Source: Candidatus Nanohalalkaliarchaeum halalkaliphilum (lineage in GTDB: Archaea > Nanohalarchaeota > Nanosalinia > Nanosalinales > Nanohalalkaliarchaeaceae). Taken from it: 47,719 nt of DNA. How positions within the stretch are numbered: the stretch's first letter is position 1; every line of letters begins with the position of its first letter. Location of the stretch: contig JALDAF010000001.1 in the NCBI GenBank assembly GCA_022729315.1, positions 1 through 47,719 on the forward strand. The letters run 5' to 3'. A model generated the notes under the pieces. It had not been told where the DNA came from, made no database searches, and saw nothing but the letters and a program-made list of their open reading frames with translations. A program made the translations under genes and the position numbers. Shown one piece after another: positions 1-9,719 of the stretch.

Positions 1-430
1 CCAGGTAGTACTGGGTGACCGGGTTGTTCCAGGCGATCGCAGATGGGTCGCCGATGATGGGGAACCACTGCAGTGTTGATCCGACCACGGCCACGAACAC
101 GCCGACCACGGCCAGCGCCTTCAGATCGATCTGCTCGAATATCCGGTCGCTGAGCGGATGCGTGGTTTTTGCGATGGTGAGGAGCAGTAAAATGGTGGTG
201 ACGCCGACACCGACAGCGGCCTCGGTCATGCCGACGTCCGGTGCCAGTAAGAGTGTATAGTATATCGCCATGCTGAGGCTGTACGCGCCGAAGATGATGA
301 TTGCTGCAAGGACATCCCGCAGCAGTGCTGTTGCTATCGCAGCGGTCAGCACGAAGATTACCAGTGTTATTTCGACCAGTGGGATGCCGTACAGCAGTGT
401 GGCTCCGTGTTCAAGGACCGTTTGTATCAC
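1..430 (-). CDS. Mrp/Mnh antiporter DUF4040 (MnhB-related) subunit, partial (runs off window start)
   Basis: Manual translation from GTG at 430: MIQTVLEHG...LLRDVLAAIIIFGAYSLSMAIYYTLLLAPDVGMTEAAVGVG; APDVxxTEAAVG motif; overlaps the mnhG end. Confidence 0.85.
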   Translation of the reverse strand, partial: MIQTVLEHGATLLYGIPLVEITLVIFVLTAAIATALLRDVLAAIIIFGAYSLSMAIYYTLLLAPDVGMTEAAVGVGVTTILLLLTIAKTTHPLSDRIFEQIDLKALAVVGVFVAVVGSTLQWFPIIGDPSAIAWNNPVTQYYL

Positions 431-767
431 CTTTCTTCTGAGTTGTTTCTGTAGTGGTGTTTGGCGTGTGACCTTCCTCCAGTGCGGCGCGGGCGATGGC
501 GTGCGCAGCGGTCGGGTTGGTGATGGAGATGAACAGGAGGAGCAGGAGGGTGAGCACGGTTTGGGAGTGCCATCCCAGTGCAAGTGCTACTGCGGCCAGT
601 GTCATGCCGGCTCCCAGCGTATCTGTTTCCGTGGCCATGTGTGACCGGGAATAGACGTCGGGAAGCCGAAGCACACCGACAGCAGAGACGAACGTGAAGA
701 ACAGGCCGCCCAGAAGCAGCCCGGTGATCAGGAGGAGTCGTGTCACTTCCAGTACACCGCCCGTCAT
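411..767 (-). CDS. mnhG: Na+/H+ antiporter subunit G
   Basis: GVLRLPDVYSRSHMATETDTLG and NPTAAHAIARAA motifs. Confidence 0.92.
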   Translation of the reverse strand: MTGGVLEVTRLLLITGLLLGGLFFTFVSAVGVLRLPDVYSRSHMATETDTLGAGMTLAAVALALGWHSQTVLTLLLLLFISITNPTAAHAIARAALEEGHTPNTTTETTQKKGDTNGP

Positions 768-1060
768 ATGACACCACCTCGTTCCACGGTGAACTTGGAG
801 ATGGCGACAGCCATCAGGAAATTAAGCAGTGCGTATACCAGTGCGATATCGAGGAAGGAGGGTGCATCAAGCGCTACCGCCAGCAGTGCAAGGATGACGA
901 CAGTGTTTGTGCCCAGGACATTTACTGCCAGTACCCGGTCCTGCATGGTGGGTCCGATGACCGCCCGGTAGATCATGACCGTGGCAAGGATGACGAAAAC
1001 GCCGGCTGCAAGCAGGAACATGTTGGTGATCAACAGGTCCGGGGCAGGAACGGCGATCAC
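764..1060 (-). CDS. mnhF: Na+/H+ antiporter subunit F
   Basis: GPTMQDRVLAVN and DIALVYALLNF motifs; 4-nt overlaps with both neighbours. Confidence 0.92.
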   Translation of the reverse strand: MIAVPAPDLLITNMFLLAAGVFVILATVMIYRAVIGPTMQDRVLAVNVLGTNTVVILALLAVALDAPSFLDIALVYALLNFLMAVAISKFTVERGGVI

Positions 1061-2139
1061 TCTGTGCCACCTCCCTGGGGAACCGCGGTAACCGAACGTT
1101 CCGTGTCTGGAAGGGGGAGGGTTTCGCGGAAGATGTTGCTGATCCGCTGCTCGAATCCTCCGTCATACAGGCCGTTCCGTGATTCCTGGTCCAGGGTGTG
1201 AACCAGTAGTTCACGCCCATCGATGCGGGTGGTCAGTGTTCCCGGCGTCAGTGTGATGCTGGTCGCCAGCAGTGTCAGTGGCAGGCTGCCGTCGATACGG
1301 GGTGTGATCGTGACCATGCGCGGGTCGATCGGGAGCTGCGGATGCAGTATGAGCGCGGCCACGCGGAGGTTGGCCCGTATGATTTCGGTGATCAGGAAGG
1401 GGAGGTAGGCGATGAACCGGAGGAACCTGACCGGTGTCAGCCGGGTAGGGTCGGTGGTGAACAGGAGACGCGAGAACACTGAGGCAGCAGCGAGTGCGGT
1501 GACGCCGCCGGTTGCAAGACTGTATCCGGTGACGGTTCCGGCGAGGAGGTGGTAGAACACGAAGGTGATGCCGAATGTAACGAGGAATCCGCGTATGCTG
1601 TACACGCTGGAAATCGGTGTTTGGTGGATGTTCCGGGTGATCGGTGCTTTTTCACAGGTCACGTGGGTGCAGTGCTCCAGTTCCTGTTCCAGTGGACGGA
1701 GAAGCGGCATATCGATGCCGGCGTCGAACCCAGGGTCAAGCACGATCCTGTCGATATCTTTTGCGGTGGCGGTTCCATGCAGTATCCTGGCCACATCTGA
1801 TGGGCTGAACACGTAGGAGTCCTGGCCGATGATACCGGTCCGTACCTCAACCTGTGAACCGTATTCGCCCAGCTCTTCACCCGCCCATATCCGTGCCCGG
1901 TCAAGTAGCGTCTCCTGCACCGTTAAGTTGTCGTTCCCTTTTTTGAGGGTGGGCGCTATCACTACAAAGTACAGTGTGCCACGCTGTTCCGGGGAGAGGG
2001 AGGAAACGACCTGTTTCGCGGCGTGATGAACAGTTTCCCGCATCGTTGGAGACGACGTGACAGGGACCAGTATGTTCGTGTCAGAACCTGCACCACTAGT
2101 TTTTTCTGTGTTGTTACTGGCCAGAACGTCACGTGTCAT
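1057..2139 (-). CDS. mnhE: Na+/H+ antiporter subunit E with N-terminal Usp-like domain
   Basis: C-terminal EIIRANLRVA...SITLTPGTLT...LLVHTL (MnhE); N-terminal ILVPV...LYFVVI Usp-like region. Confidence 0.88.
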   Translation of the reverse strand: MTRDVLASNNTEKTSGAGSDTNILVPVTSSPTMRETVHHAAKQVVSSLSPEQRGTLYFVVIAPTLKKGNDNLTVQETLLDRARIWAGEELGEYGSQVEVRTGIIGQDSYVFSPSDVARILHGTATAKDIDRIVLDPGFDAGIDMPLLRPLEQELEHCTHVTCEKAPITRNIHQTPISSVYSIRGFLVTFGITFVFYHLLAGTVTGYSLATGGVTALAAASVFSRLLFTTDPTRLTPVRFLRFIAYLPFLITEIIRANLRVAALILHPQLPIDPRMVTITPRIDGSLPLTLLATSITLTPGTLTTRIDGRELLVHTLDQESRNGLYDGGFEQRISNIFRETLPLPDTERSVTAVPQGGGTE

Positions 2140-2317
2140 AAAGCTGAGAAGGAGTGGAACTGAAACTTTTTGAATACTTACAGTGGATTGAAAGTAGTAT
2201 CATCACCAGATATTGCTGGAATCATCCTGTAATCGTTGTGAACGCAGGGTAATAACGGGATAGGCGGCCTATACATATAAAAACGGGCGTTCACATAGTT
2301 GTACCGGTGATTACCTT

Positions 2318-2485
2318 ATGGCCAAAGTACTGAAGAAGTCTGGCGTCCGTGAAGCAGCCGACGACGTTAACGTTGGTGCTGACTTCTACAAGCGACTCGA
2401 CAAGCGTGTACAGGATCTTGTGAAGCGTGCTGTCGACCGTGCGAAGGAGAATGGACGGAAGACTGTCAAGGCACGAGACGTGTAA
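2318..2485 (+). CDS. Small histone-fold protein (DUF1931-like), 55 aa
   Basis: Not in ORF track. MAKVLKKSGVREAADDVNVGADFYKRLDKRVQDLVKRAVDRAKENGRKTVKARDV; RAxxNxRKTVxxxD histone-fold motif; GGTGA SD at 2306-2310. Confidence 0.9.
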   Translation: MAKVLKKSGVREAADDVNVGADFYKRLDKRVQDLVKRAVDRAKENGRKTVKARDV

Positions 2486-2497
2486 TCGATACGCGTA

Positions 2498-2540
2498 CAA
2501 CCCCGGGGATGGTTCCCCGTTGTTTCTTTTTTCTTTTCTT
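2498..2540 (+). terminator. Hairpin plus T-rich tract after histone gene
   Basis: GGGGA...TCCCC stem followed by TTTCTTTTTTCTTTTCTT. Confidence 0.55.
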
Positions 2541-2550
2541 CCCTGCTCAT

Positions 2551-3045
2551 TTACCGCATATGGCTCCGTATTTCCTCTATATGGCCCCATGCCCTGCTTT
2601 TCTCCGGTTCTCCGTCCTCTGAGTTGTGGTTCTCGATATCCGGGAGGAATGAGCCGTGCAGCGATTCATGGCGCAGTACTGCAACGAGATACGCCGTGTA
2701 TCCCACGATCAGTAGAACCGGCTGTATCAGTAGCCAGGCGAGTCCAGCGATAGCCGCGATCCCGATCTCTGTCCGTGTTTCAAACAGGAGGGAGGGCTGG
2801 TATTTCTGCCGGTAAACGTATACGAGGGCCACCATCCATGCGTTGAGGACGTAATACAGGTGAAAGTTGTTCAGAGGGTCAAAAAAGCTGTGATACCTGC
2901 CGTATCCCTGCAGAAAGGTTACAACGATGCCTGCTGTCATGAAGAATGCGAGCGGTACGCCACCGTACTCTATCAGTGCACGACCCACCTTCTCCCAGTC
3001 CCAGTCACGGTCTTTTAATCGGGATACGACGTGTTTCGGAGGCAT
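2551..3045 (-). CDS. Hypothetical membrane protein
   Basis: 164-aa ORF with about 4 hydrophobic segments and a TATA-like element upstream. Confidence 0.6.
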   Translation of the reverse strand: MPPKHVVSRLKDRDWDWEKVGRALIEYGGVPLAFFMTAGIVVTFLQGYGRYHSFFDPLNNFHLYYVLNAWMVALVYVYRQKYQPSLLFETRTEIGIAAIAGLAWLLIQPVLLIVGYTAYLVAVLRHESLHGSFLPDIENHNSEDGEPEKSRAWGHIEEIRSHMR

Positions 3046-3139
3046 CGGTACAGGCTACAACCACGTTTGACCGGTCTATAATAAGTATGTTTGGGAAATA
3101 CCGTTTCGCCGAACCGCAGTGAAGGTGGATACAGTAGTT

Positions 3140-3934
3140 TCAGGCATTGGAATCAGTTTCACGTGTTCCCGTGAGTGAAACGTTTACAGCAGCACCGGAG
3201 ATCAAAACGAATATACCGAGGTATAGCCACGTCAGGAACAGGAGTAGCCCACCGAACAGTTCATACACCGTGGTGGAGAAGTACTGGACGTAGATGCTGT
3301 ACAGTGACTGGAGGACGGTCCATCCCCCTGCCGCCAGCAGAGAACCTGGGAGGGTTGAGGATAGGCTGTATTCTGGGCCTGAAAGGACGTAGTACAGTGA
3401 GAGGAAGATGCCGGTCAATGCGATGAACTGTGTAATGGTTCCAACCTGTCCAGGAAAGAGTAGGGCAGGGTATACAGATAGTCGGGTGGCGAATACCGCG
3501 GTCAGTCCAACGGCAACTCCTCCCATCGCTACGAGAACGGTATACGTGGTGACCTTCTCAGTTACGGTTTCTGCGGGGGTATGGCCGTAAATATCCGAGA
3601 TCGCTACATCTATCCCGTTCAGCATCCGGTATACGCTCCAGACGAGGAATGCGGCACCGAACACGGTGACACCGCTCCGGCCTTCCGTAGCCGTGAGGAT
3701 GTCTGATACTACGGCGTATCCTTCCGGTGCCAACCAGTCTTCTGCTGTCATTAACAGGTTCTGTGCGACTGCCTCTCCACCGATAAAGGTGAGAACGATA
3801 AATCCGAGTATGACTGCAGGTACCAGTGCAGCCAGTGTGTAGTACGCGATCCCGGCTGCTGCCAGGGGTGTCCGGTTCCGTCGCAGCACACGAACGATGT
3901 CACGTACTACGGTAACCGCCCGTTCACGGTCCAT
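3140..3934 (-). CDS. YihY/virulence factor BrkB family membrane protein
   Basis: AAGIAYYTL, PGSLLAAGGW and YELFGGLLLFLTWLY motifs; start placed at MDRERA. Confidence 0.85.
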   Translation of the reverse strand: MDRERAVTVVRDIVRVLRRNRTPLAAAGIAYYTLAALVPAVILGFIVLTFIGGEAVAQNLLMTAEDWLAPEGYAVVSDILTATEGRSGVTVFGAAFLVWSVYRMLNGIDVAISDIYGHTPAETVTEKVTTYTVLVAMGGVAVGLTAVFATRLSVYPALLFPGQVGTITQFIALTGIFLSLYYVLSGPEYSLSSTLPGSLLAAGGWTVLQSLYSIYVQYFSTTVYELFGGLLLFLTWLYLGIFVLISGAAVNVSLTGTRETDSNA

Positions 3935-3983
3935 GGAGTAGAAAACGAACCCTGAACTTAAAAAGCGGGAGGATGTTCCGTGG

Positions 3984-4823
3984 CTAGGCTGGAGCGGACG
4001 TTGTTTCACCGCCCAGGATAGCGTCCGGATCAGGATGCCTGTAAACCGTGTTCACAGCCATACCAAACAGCAGCAGACTGGTTGACAGGTACAGCCAGAT
4101 AATAAACAGCAGCAGTCCACCAAACAGATCATAGACCGGGGTGCCGATCACCTGCATCTTCATCGAGATATACGCGCCGAATAATAGTTGCATTCCCATC
4201 CATCCGCTTGCTGCCGTGATGGCCCCAGGTAAGAGGTCGCCTAACCGGTGGTTACGGTAGGAGAATCGATAGTACAGCGTCAAAAATACTGCATTCAACA
4301 GGAGGAACTGACTGAGAACACTGAGGCCTGTTGTGAACTGTCTGCCAAGAATCATGGCCAGCATCCCTTCTATAGCAGCGAGTATAACAGCTGCACCCAG
4401 GATCATGATCAACACGGTAACGATATCTTTCATGAGTCCCGGAACAGTAGACTGGTACGGTTCACCCTGTATACGAGCCATCGCGATATCGATACTGTGG
4501 AACATCTCGTACAGTACCCAGACCAGGAACAGAACGCTGAGAAGCGTTGCACTGCTCCGGCCTGCGGTCTCCATCAGTATTTCCTCCATGACCGAATACC
4601 CGGCAGGCGTCAGAAACCCTTCCGCCTCTATCAAAAGATACTCGGCCAACGCAGCACCGCCAAACACGCTAAGACCGATGAATAACAGCATCGCGAGCGG
4701 GATCAATGAGATAAGAAGATAATAGGTGATCCCGGCAGCACCGAACGTCAACTGGGTCCGGTACGACAGCTTTACCGCATCACGGAGAACACGCCCCGAT
4801 CGTCGAAACAACTCCATAAACAT
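3984..4823 (-). CDS. YihY/BrkB family membrane protein (tandem paralog)
   Basis: AAGITYYLL, PGAITAASGW and YDLFGGLLLFIIWLY motifs. Confidence 0.85.
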   Translation of the reverse strand: MFMELFRRSGRVLRDAVKLSYRTQLTFGAAGITYYLLISLIPLAMLLFIGLSVFGGAALAEYLLIEAEGFLTPAGYSVMEEILMETAGRSSATLLSVLFLVWVLYEMFHSIDIAMARIQGEPYQSTVPGLMKDIVTVLIMILGAAVILAAIEGMLAMILGRQFTTGLSVLSQFLLLNAVFLTLYYRFSYRNHRLGDLLPGAITAASGWMGMQLLFGAYISMKMQVIGTPVYDLFGGLLLFIIWLYLSTSLLLFGMAVNTVYRHPDPDAILGGETTSAPA

Positions 4824-4907
4824 GTATTACCGCCACGACATAAAAAATAACAGGGAACAATCAGAACTACTGTTCGTAAACACGGAAAAAAGGAGAGGAA
4901 CACGAGG

Positions 4908-5081
4908 TTAGACGACCTGCAGATGGTCGGTACGTAGTTCCTCTTCCGTAAAATCTTTTCCATGGACCTCTTCCATATGCTGCTGGGCCAGTGAAACAGC
5001 TTCATCCTCATTCTCGGACTGGATGATAAATCTGCAGCCTGATGCAGCAGCCTCACAGTCAAGCCGATGAGCCTCTGCCAT
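4908..5081 (-). CDS. DUF1059-like small metal-binding protein, 57 aa
   Basis: Not in ORF track. MAEAHRLDCEAAASGCRFIIQSENEDEAVSLAQQHMEEVHGKDFTEEELRTDHLQVV; C-x6-C...HxxxxH pattern; GAGGTGA SD. Confidence 0.8.
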   Translation of the reverse strand: MAEAHRLDCEAAASGCRFIIQSENEDEAVSLAQQHMEEVHGKDFTEEELRTDHLQVV

Positions 5082-5274
5082 TGGTTTATATCACCTCACA
5101 ACACCCCGGACATGGAATGTATTTAACCGTACAGGATACCTCCAGCACGACAACCCGTGTAAGCAGTACCACACTTGTCCAAACCGTGGCATATCGAAGA
5201 CCATGAACATCCCTTGAACCCTTCCCGATCCGCCCGGCTCGTTCCCTCCCCGACCGTATAGCCGAATATTTCTC

Positions 5275-5314
5275 AAAGAAAAAACCGTGGTAGGCCGGAC
5301 CCATCAGCTGGCCT
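5275..5314 (-). terminator. Probable atp operon terminator
   Basis: Minus-strand AGGCC...GGCCT stem followed by TTTTTTCTTT, just after the atpD stop. Confidence 0.55.
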
Positions 5315-5335
5315 GAAAGGCTCGTATCCTCCGCG

Positions 5336-6070
5336 TTAATGTGTCTGTGACTGGTGGATGCTGCGGCCTCGCTTCGAATCGAATGACCGGCCGCACTCCT
5401 CACATACGAATTCGTCTTCGGATCCCACGCCGCTGGATTGTTCCGCTTCCTCGTTCTTTTCCTTGATCTTTTTCATGCGGAACGTTTCCTCGCGCTCGTT
5501 CTCCTCCAGGTACTGAGACACGTAGTCAAGATCCTTCTTCGTCTCCGGTATCACCCGGTTCTCCAGTGCATTCACCCGGCGCTTCGTGGAATCGATCTCA
5601 TCAAGCAGCTTCATCAACGCGGTCTCGATCTCTGCGGCCTCGATCACTTTCTGGATCAACTGCTCATACGCAGACACCGTTTCGTCGATCGCCGGTGTTC
5701 CGGACAGCAATCCGTATCCGTGTTCACCAAGTTCCCGCTCCTCATGCTCAGACGTGATACGCGGCACCAGGACGCCCATGATGTTCCGACTCTCCACCTC
5801 GACCTCGGGTTCGTGTTCGGTCGCCATCGCCACGGACCGTAACCTGTCCACGCCCTCGATGGCTTTCGCCTCCTTCAATTTCCGCTGCGCATCCATGAAC
5901 TGGTTGGATACCTCACTCTTCGTATCCTTCGCCTCCTCCACCAGGTCCATGAACTCGTGGATCAGCGAATCCCGCTTCTTCTCAAGAATCGAGTGCCCGG
6001 ACTCCGCCAGTTCGATCTGCTCCTTCAACCGCAGTTCCTCGGCTCTTGTCGGCTTCACGTCCTTGGACAT
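5336..6070 (-). CDS. atpD: A/V-type ATP synthase subunit D with C-terminal C2H2 zinc finger
   Basis: KPTRAEEL, GHSILEKKRDSL and TKRRVNALE motifs; tail CEECGRSFDSKRGRSIHQSQTH. Confidence 0.95.
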   Translation of the reverse strand: MSKDVKPTRAEELRLKEQIELAESGHSILEKKRDSLIHEFMDLVEEAKDTKSEVSNQFMDAQRKLKEAKAIEGVDRLRSVAMATEHEPEVEVESRNIMGVLVPRITSEHEERELGEHGYGLLSGTPAIDETVSAYEQLIQKVIEAAEIETALMKLLDEIDSTKRRVNALENRVIPETKKDLDYVSQYLEENEREETFRMKKIKEKNEEAEQSSGVGSEDEFVCEECGRSFDSKRGRSIHQSQTH

Positions 6071-6097
6071 AAGGTCACCAGATGGATGAGTGACAGA

Positions 6098-7498
6098 TCA
6101 GTTCTGCCGGTCTTCGTAGTGTTCGTCCAGTGTTTCCGGGTCGATCCGGTTCAGTATTTCACGCGGCAGTGCACTGATAAGATCCCATCCGAGTTCCATG
6201 GTTTCTTCGATCGTCCGGTTCTCGTCTGATCCCTGCTGCACGAACCGTTTCTCGTATGCATCGGAGAAGTCCAGCACCTGCTGGTCGCTTTCTGACAGGG
6301 CGTCTTCTCCCACGATCTGCACCAGCTCACGGAGGGACACACCTTCCGCGTAGTCGGCGAACAGCTGGTCCTTCAGTTCGCTGTGGTCTTCACGGGTCTT
6401 TCCTTCACCGATACCGGCGTCCATCAGCCGTGAAAGGCTCTGAAGCACGTTAATCGGTGGGTAGATGCCCTTGTTGTGCAGGTCACGGTCCAGTACGATC
6501 TGGCCCTCGGTGATGTATCCGGTCAGGTCCGGGATCGGGTGGGTCATGTCGTCACCGACCATGGTCAGGATCGGGACCTGTGTGATGCTGCCTTCCTCAC
6601 CCTCGATTTGCCCGGCACGCTCGTAGATGTTCGCCAGGTCTGTATACATGTATCCCGGGTATCCGCGGCGTCCCGGTACTTCTTCACGGGCGGCAGCGAT
6701 CTCACGTAGCGAGTTACAGTAGTTTGTCATATCGGTCAGGATGACCAGTACGTGCATCCCCTTATCAAACGCCAGGTATTCTGCCGTGGTCAACGCCATG
6801 CGTGGCGTCACGATACGCTCGGCTGCCGGGTCATCCGCCAGGTTCAGGAACACCACGGACCGTTCCAGTGCCCCGGTCTCCTCAAGGTCACGCATGAACT
6901 CTGTTGCGTCGTCCTGGGTGATACCCATACCGGCGAACACGACCGCGAACTCCTCGTCCTGTCCGACAACGTCAGCCTGCCGTGCGATCTGGAGCGCAAT
7001 CTCGTTGTGCGGCAGTCCGGAGCCGGAGAAGATCGGCAGTTTCTGTCCACGCACCAGCGTGTTCATCGCGTCGATCGAGGAGATCCCGGTCTGGATAAAG
7101 TCTTCCGGCAGTTCCCGGCTGTACGGGTTGATCGCTTCACCGACGATATCCCGCTCCTCTTCCGGTATGATCTCGGGGCCGTCGTCGATCGGGTCTCCAC
7201 GACCGCTCAGCACACGCCCCAGCAGGTCCTCGGTCAACGGCATTTTCACGTTCTCCTTCAGGAACTTGACGGTTGCATCACGTCCCAGTCCTCGGGTCTC
7301 CTCATAGATCTGAACGACAACCATGTCCTTCGCCGTGTCAAGTACTTCACCTCGCCGCTTTTCGCCATCCGGTGTTTCGATCTCCACGATGTCTCCGTAC
7401 GCGACAGGTTCCGTCTCCTCTACAAACATCAGAGGACCTTTGATCTCCTGAACCGTCTTGTACTCTGCCTGTGCTGCCGTTTCTGTGTTATCTGCCAT
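6098..7498 (-). CDS. atpB: A/V-type ATP synthase subunit B
   Basis: [30 protein letters not shown] and [15 protein letters not shown] motifs. Confidence 0.98.
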   Translation of the reverse strand: MADNTETAAQAEYKTVQEIKGPLMFVEETEPVAYGDIVEIETPDGEKRRGEVLDTAKDMVVVQIYEETRGLGRDATVKFLKENVKMPLTEDLLGRVLSGRGDPIDDGPEIIPEEERDIVGEAINPYSRELPEDFIQTGISSIDAMNTLVRGQKLPIFSGSGLPHNEIALQIARQADVVGQDEEFAVVFAGMGITQDDATEFMRDLEETGALERSVVFLNLADDPAAERIVTPRMALTTAEYLAFDKGMHVLVILTDMTNYCNSLREIAAAREEVPGRRGYPGYMYTDLANIYERAGQIEGEEGSITQVPILTMVGDDMTHPIPDLTGYITEGQIVLDRDLHNKGIYPPINVLQSLSRLMDAGIGEGKTREDHSELKDQLFADYAEGVSLRELVQIVGEDALSESDQQVLDFSDAYEKRFVQQGSDENRTIEETMELGWDLISALPREILNRIDPETLDEHYEDRQN

Positions 7499-7931
7499 CA
7501 GGATTCACCTGGTATCCATCAGTCAGCTGTTCCGCATCTAGATTTCCTCGCTTCACGCTTACAGCTCCGGTGTGTTTCTCATGCAGTGCATCCAAATGTG
7601 TGTGGAAGCTGTCCATGTACTCCCTCGTCTCTTCCAGTGTCAGGTTGTTGTTCTCGTGGAGGATGGCTGCGTTCTGTTCGATTTCCTGTGCAAGCCGGTA
7701 CGCCTGCTCGTCTTCACCGTCTGCAAGCATGTTGAACAGTCGGTCCGCATACACTGGGCCGCCGGAACGCACTGCCTCTGCACCCATGTGCAGCAGGTTG
7801 TCCAGCGGATTGTCATCGTAGAACTCGCCATCCGACCAGTCACTGACGTGGTCAGCCAGCGTATAGTCGTTGAGATCCGTTGTGGTCGGATCCGTGTGAT
7901 AAAGTGGAGTAGCTCCATCGTCTTGCATCAT
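7488..7931 (-). CDS. Hypothetical acidic protein inserted between atpA and atpB
   Basis: 147-aa ORF fills the whole gap; ATGA overlap with the atpA stop and 11-nt overlap with the atpB start; acidic like the rest of the proteome. Confidence 0.8.
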   Translation of the reverse strand: MMQDDGATPLYHTDPTTTDLNDYTLADHVSDWSDGEFYDDNPLDNLLHMGAEAVRSGGPVYADRLFNMLADGEDEQAYRLAQEIEQNAAILHENNNLTLEETREYMDSFHTHLDALHEKHTGAVSVKRGNLDAEQLTDGYQVNPDGR

Positions 7932-9688
7932 GCTTCCACCTCCTGTGTGGGAGCGGTTGCTGCCTGGAAGTCGTCCTCCATCTGGCTGCGGATGTCGCTG
8001 ATGAGTTCCTCGTAGTTTTCCTCGAACTTGATGTTGGAGATCATGTGCTTGGATTCTACATCCATCACTTCTTCCAGAGTTGCTCCTGCTTCCATGGATT
8101 GTTCCGCCATGTCTCCGAAGTCGAGCACGACCTTGAGGATGTCCATCGTTTTCTCCGGTGAGCAGAACGTGTCGATGTCGTGGAACGCGTTCTGCTGGAG
8201 GAAGTGCTCCTTCACCATCCGTGCGGTTTCAAGGGTGAGCTGCTGCCGTTCCGGCAGTGCGTCCTTCCCGACGAGCTGCACGGTTTCCTGTAATCGCTCA
8301 TCTTCCTGCAGCAGGTCTTTGACCTCGCGGATGCGGCCTGTCCATTCACCGTCGACCTCGTCCTCGAACCAGTCGCCGAGCATGTTGCCGTACTCTGAAT
8401 ACGAGTCGATCCAGGAGATGGCTGGGAAATGCCGTTTCTGTGCCAGGTCCTTGTCCAGCGCCCAGAACGTCTTGATCACACGCAGCGTGTTCTGTGTGAC
8501 CGGTTCCGTGAAGTCGCCGCCCGGCGGTGAAACCGCGCCGATGACGGATACGGAGCCCGGATTGTCCACGCCGAGTGGTGTGGCGCGTCCGGCCCGCTCA
8601 TAGAATTGTGCAAGCCGCGATGCCAGGTATGCCGGGTATCCTCGTTCGCCAGGCATCTCCTCGAGTCGTGAGGAGATCTCTCGCATGGCTTCTGCCCACC
8701 GGGAGGTGGAGTCTGCCATGAGTGCGACCTGGTATCCCTGGTCGCGGTAGTATTCTGCGATGGTGATGCCCGTATAAATCGATGCTTCCCGTGCTGCTAC
8801 CGGCATGTTGGATGTGTTCGCGATGAGCACGGTGCGTTCCATCAGTTTCTTGCCTTCGCTCCACGGGTCCTCCAGTTCGGGGACCTCGTCCAGAACCTCT
8901 GTCATCTCGTTGCCGCGCTCCCCACACCCGATGTATACGATGATATCGGCGTCGCTCCACTTGGCGAGCTGCTGCTGTGTCACCGTCTTCCCGGTTCCGA
9001 ATCCACCAGGGATCGCTGCGACACCGCCTTTCGCCAGTGGGAACAGAGCGTCCAGGATGCGCTGTCCGGTGATCAGTGGGACCTCCGGGTTCAGCTTCTC
9101 CATGACCTCGCGCGCCTCCCGGATCGGCCATTCATGCATAAGGGATAGTTCTGTACCATCCTCCAGTATGGCCACGGTTTCATCGACCGTGAATTCTCCT
9201 TCCTCGATACTGTCGATGGTGCCTGATCTGTTCGGTGGGACGAGGATACGGTGTGTGCGTCCCTTTTCCTCTACCGTGCCCAGTACGTCACCTTTCGTGA
9301 CCTCGTCGCCTTCCTCGACTTCTGCGACGAACACCCATTCCTTGTCACGGCTGACGCCTGGTGCGTCGACTCCTCGGCTGATGAATGCGCCGCTCTCCTC
9401 TTCGAGGTCGACGAGCGGTCGCTGCAGTCCGTCGTAGATCGAGGACAGCAGTCCAGGGCCGAGTTCAACGGACAGGGGCTGTCCAGTATTCTCTACAGGT
9501 TCTCCAGGTTTGACGCCGGTCGTGTCCTCGTAGACCTGGATCGAGGTCTTGTTCCCCTCGATCTCGATCACTTCGCCCATCAATCGTTCGTTTCCGACGC
9601 GTACAACATCATACATCTGTGCATCGAGGTCTTCCGCAATCACAACGGGTCCTGATACACGGTAGATTTCTCCTTGTCCGTCTGCCAT
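7928..9688 (-). CDS. atpA: A/V-type ATP synthase catalytic subunit A
   Basis: P-loop [26 protein letters not shown] and [12 protein letters not shown]; no intein. Confidence 0.98.
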   Translation of the reverse strand: MADGQGEIYRVSGPVVIAEDLDAQMYDVVRVGNERLMGEVIEIEGNKTSIQVYEDTTGVKPGEPVENTGQPLSVELGPGLLSSIYDGLQRPLVDLEEESGAFISRGVDAPGVSRDKEWVFVAEVEEGDEVTKGDVLGTVEEKGRTHRILVPPNRSGTIDSIEEGEFTVDETVAILEDGTELSLMHEWPIREAREVMEKLNPEVPLITGQRILDALFPLAKGGVAAIPGGFGTGKTVTQQQLAKWSDADIIVYIGCGERGNEMTEVLDEVPELEDPWSEGKKLMERTVLIANTSNMPVAAREASIYTGITIAEYYRDQGYQVALMADSTSRWAEAMREISSRLEEMPGERGYPAYLASRLAQFYERAGRATPLGVDNPGSVSVIGAVSPPGGDFTEPVTQNTLRVIKTFWALDKDLAQKRHFPAISWIDSYSEYGNMLGDWFEDEVDGEWTGRIREVKDLLQEDERLQETVQLVGKDALPERQQLTLETARMVKEHFLQQNAFHDIDTFCSPEKTMDILKVVLDFGDMAEQSMEAGATLEEVMDVESKHMISNIKFEENYEELISDIRSQMEDDFQAATAPTQEVEA

Positions 9689-9719
9689 CGTCTCATGTCA
9701 CCTTTTTTTTGTTCTGTAC

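Noticed and set aside
1057..2139. Usp-like fusion to MnhE as a novelty
   Set aside because: This architecture is already familiar from haloarchaeal Mrp operons.
3140..4823. Tandem YihY paralogs
   Set aside because: Multiple YihY copies are common and nothing unusual is visible beyond the duplication.
5285..5320. GCTGATG...CTAC resembling a fluoride riboswitch or hammerhead core
   Set aside because: Lacks the upstream GAUGG stem, reads CUGAUGG rather than CUGAUGA, and no crcB is nearby; a terminator explains it.
6752..7735. Long antisense ORFs over atp and other genes
   Set aside because: Shadow frames of well-supported genes, with non-acidic composition and no motifs.
7488..7931. Intein or homing endonuclease associated with atpA
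   Set aside because: AtpA is continuous and normal in length; the insert is a separate ORF without splicing or LAGLIDADG/HNH motifs.
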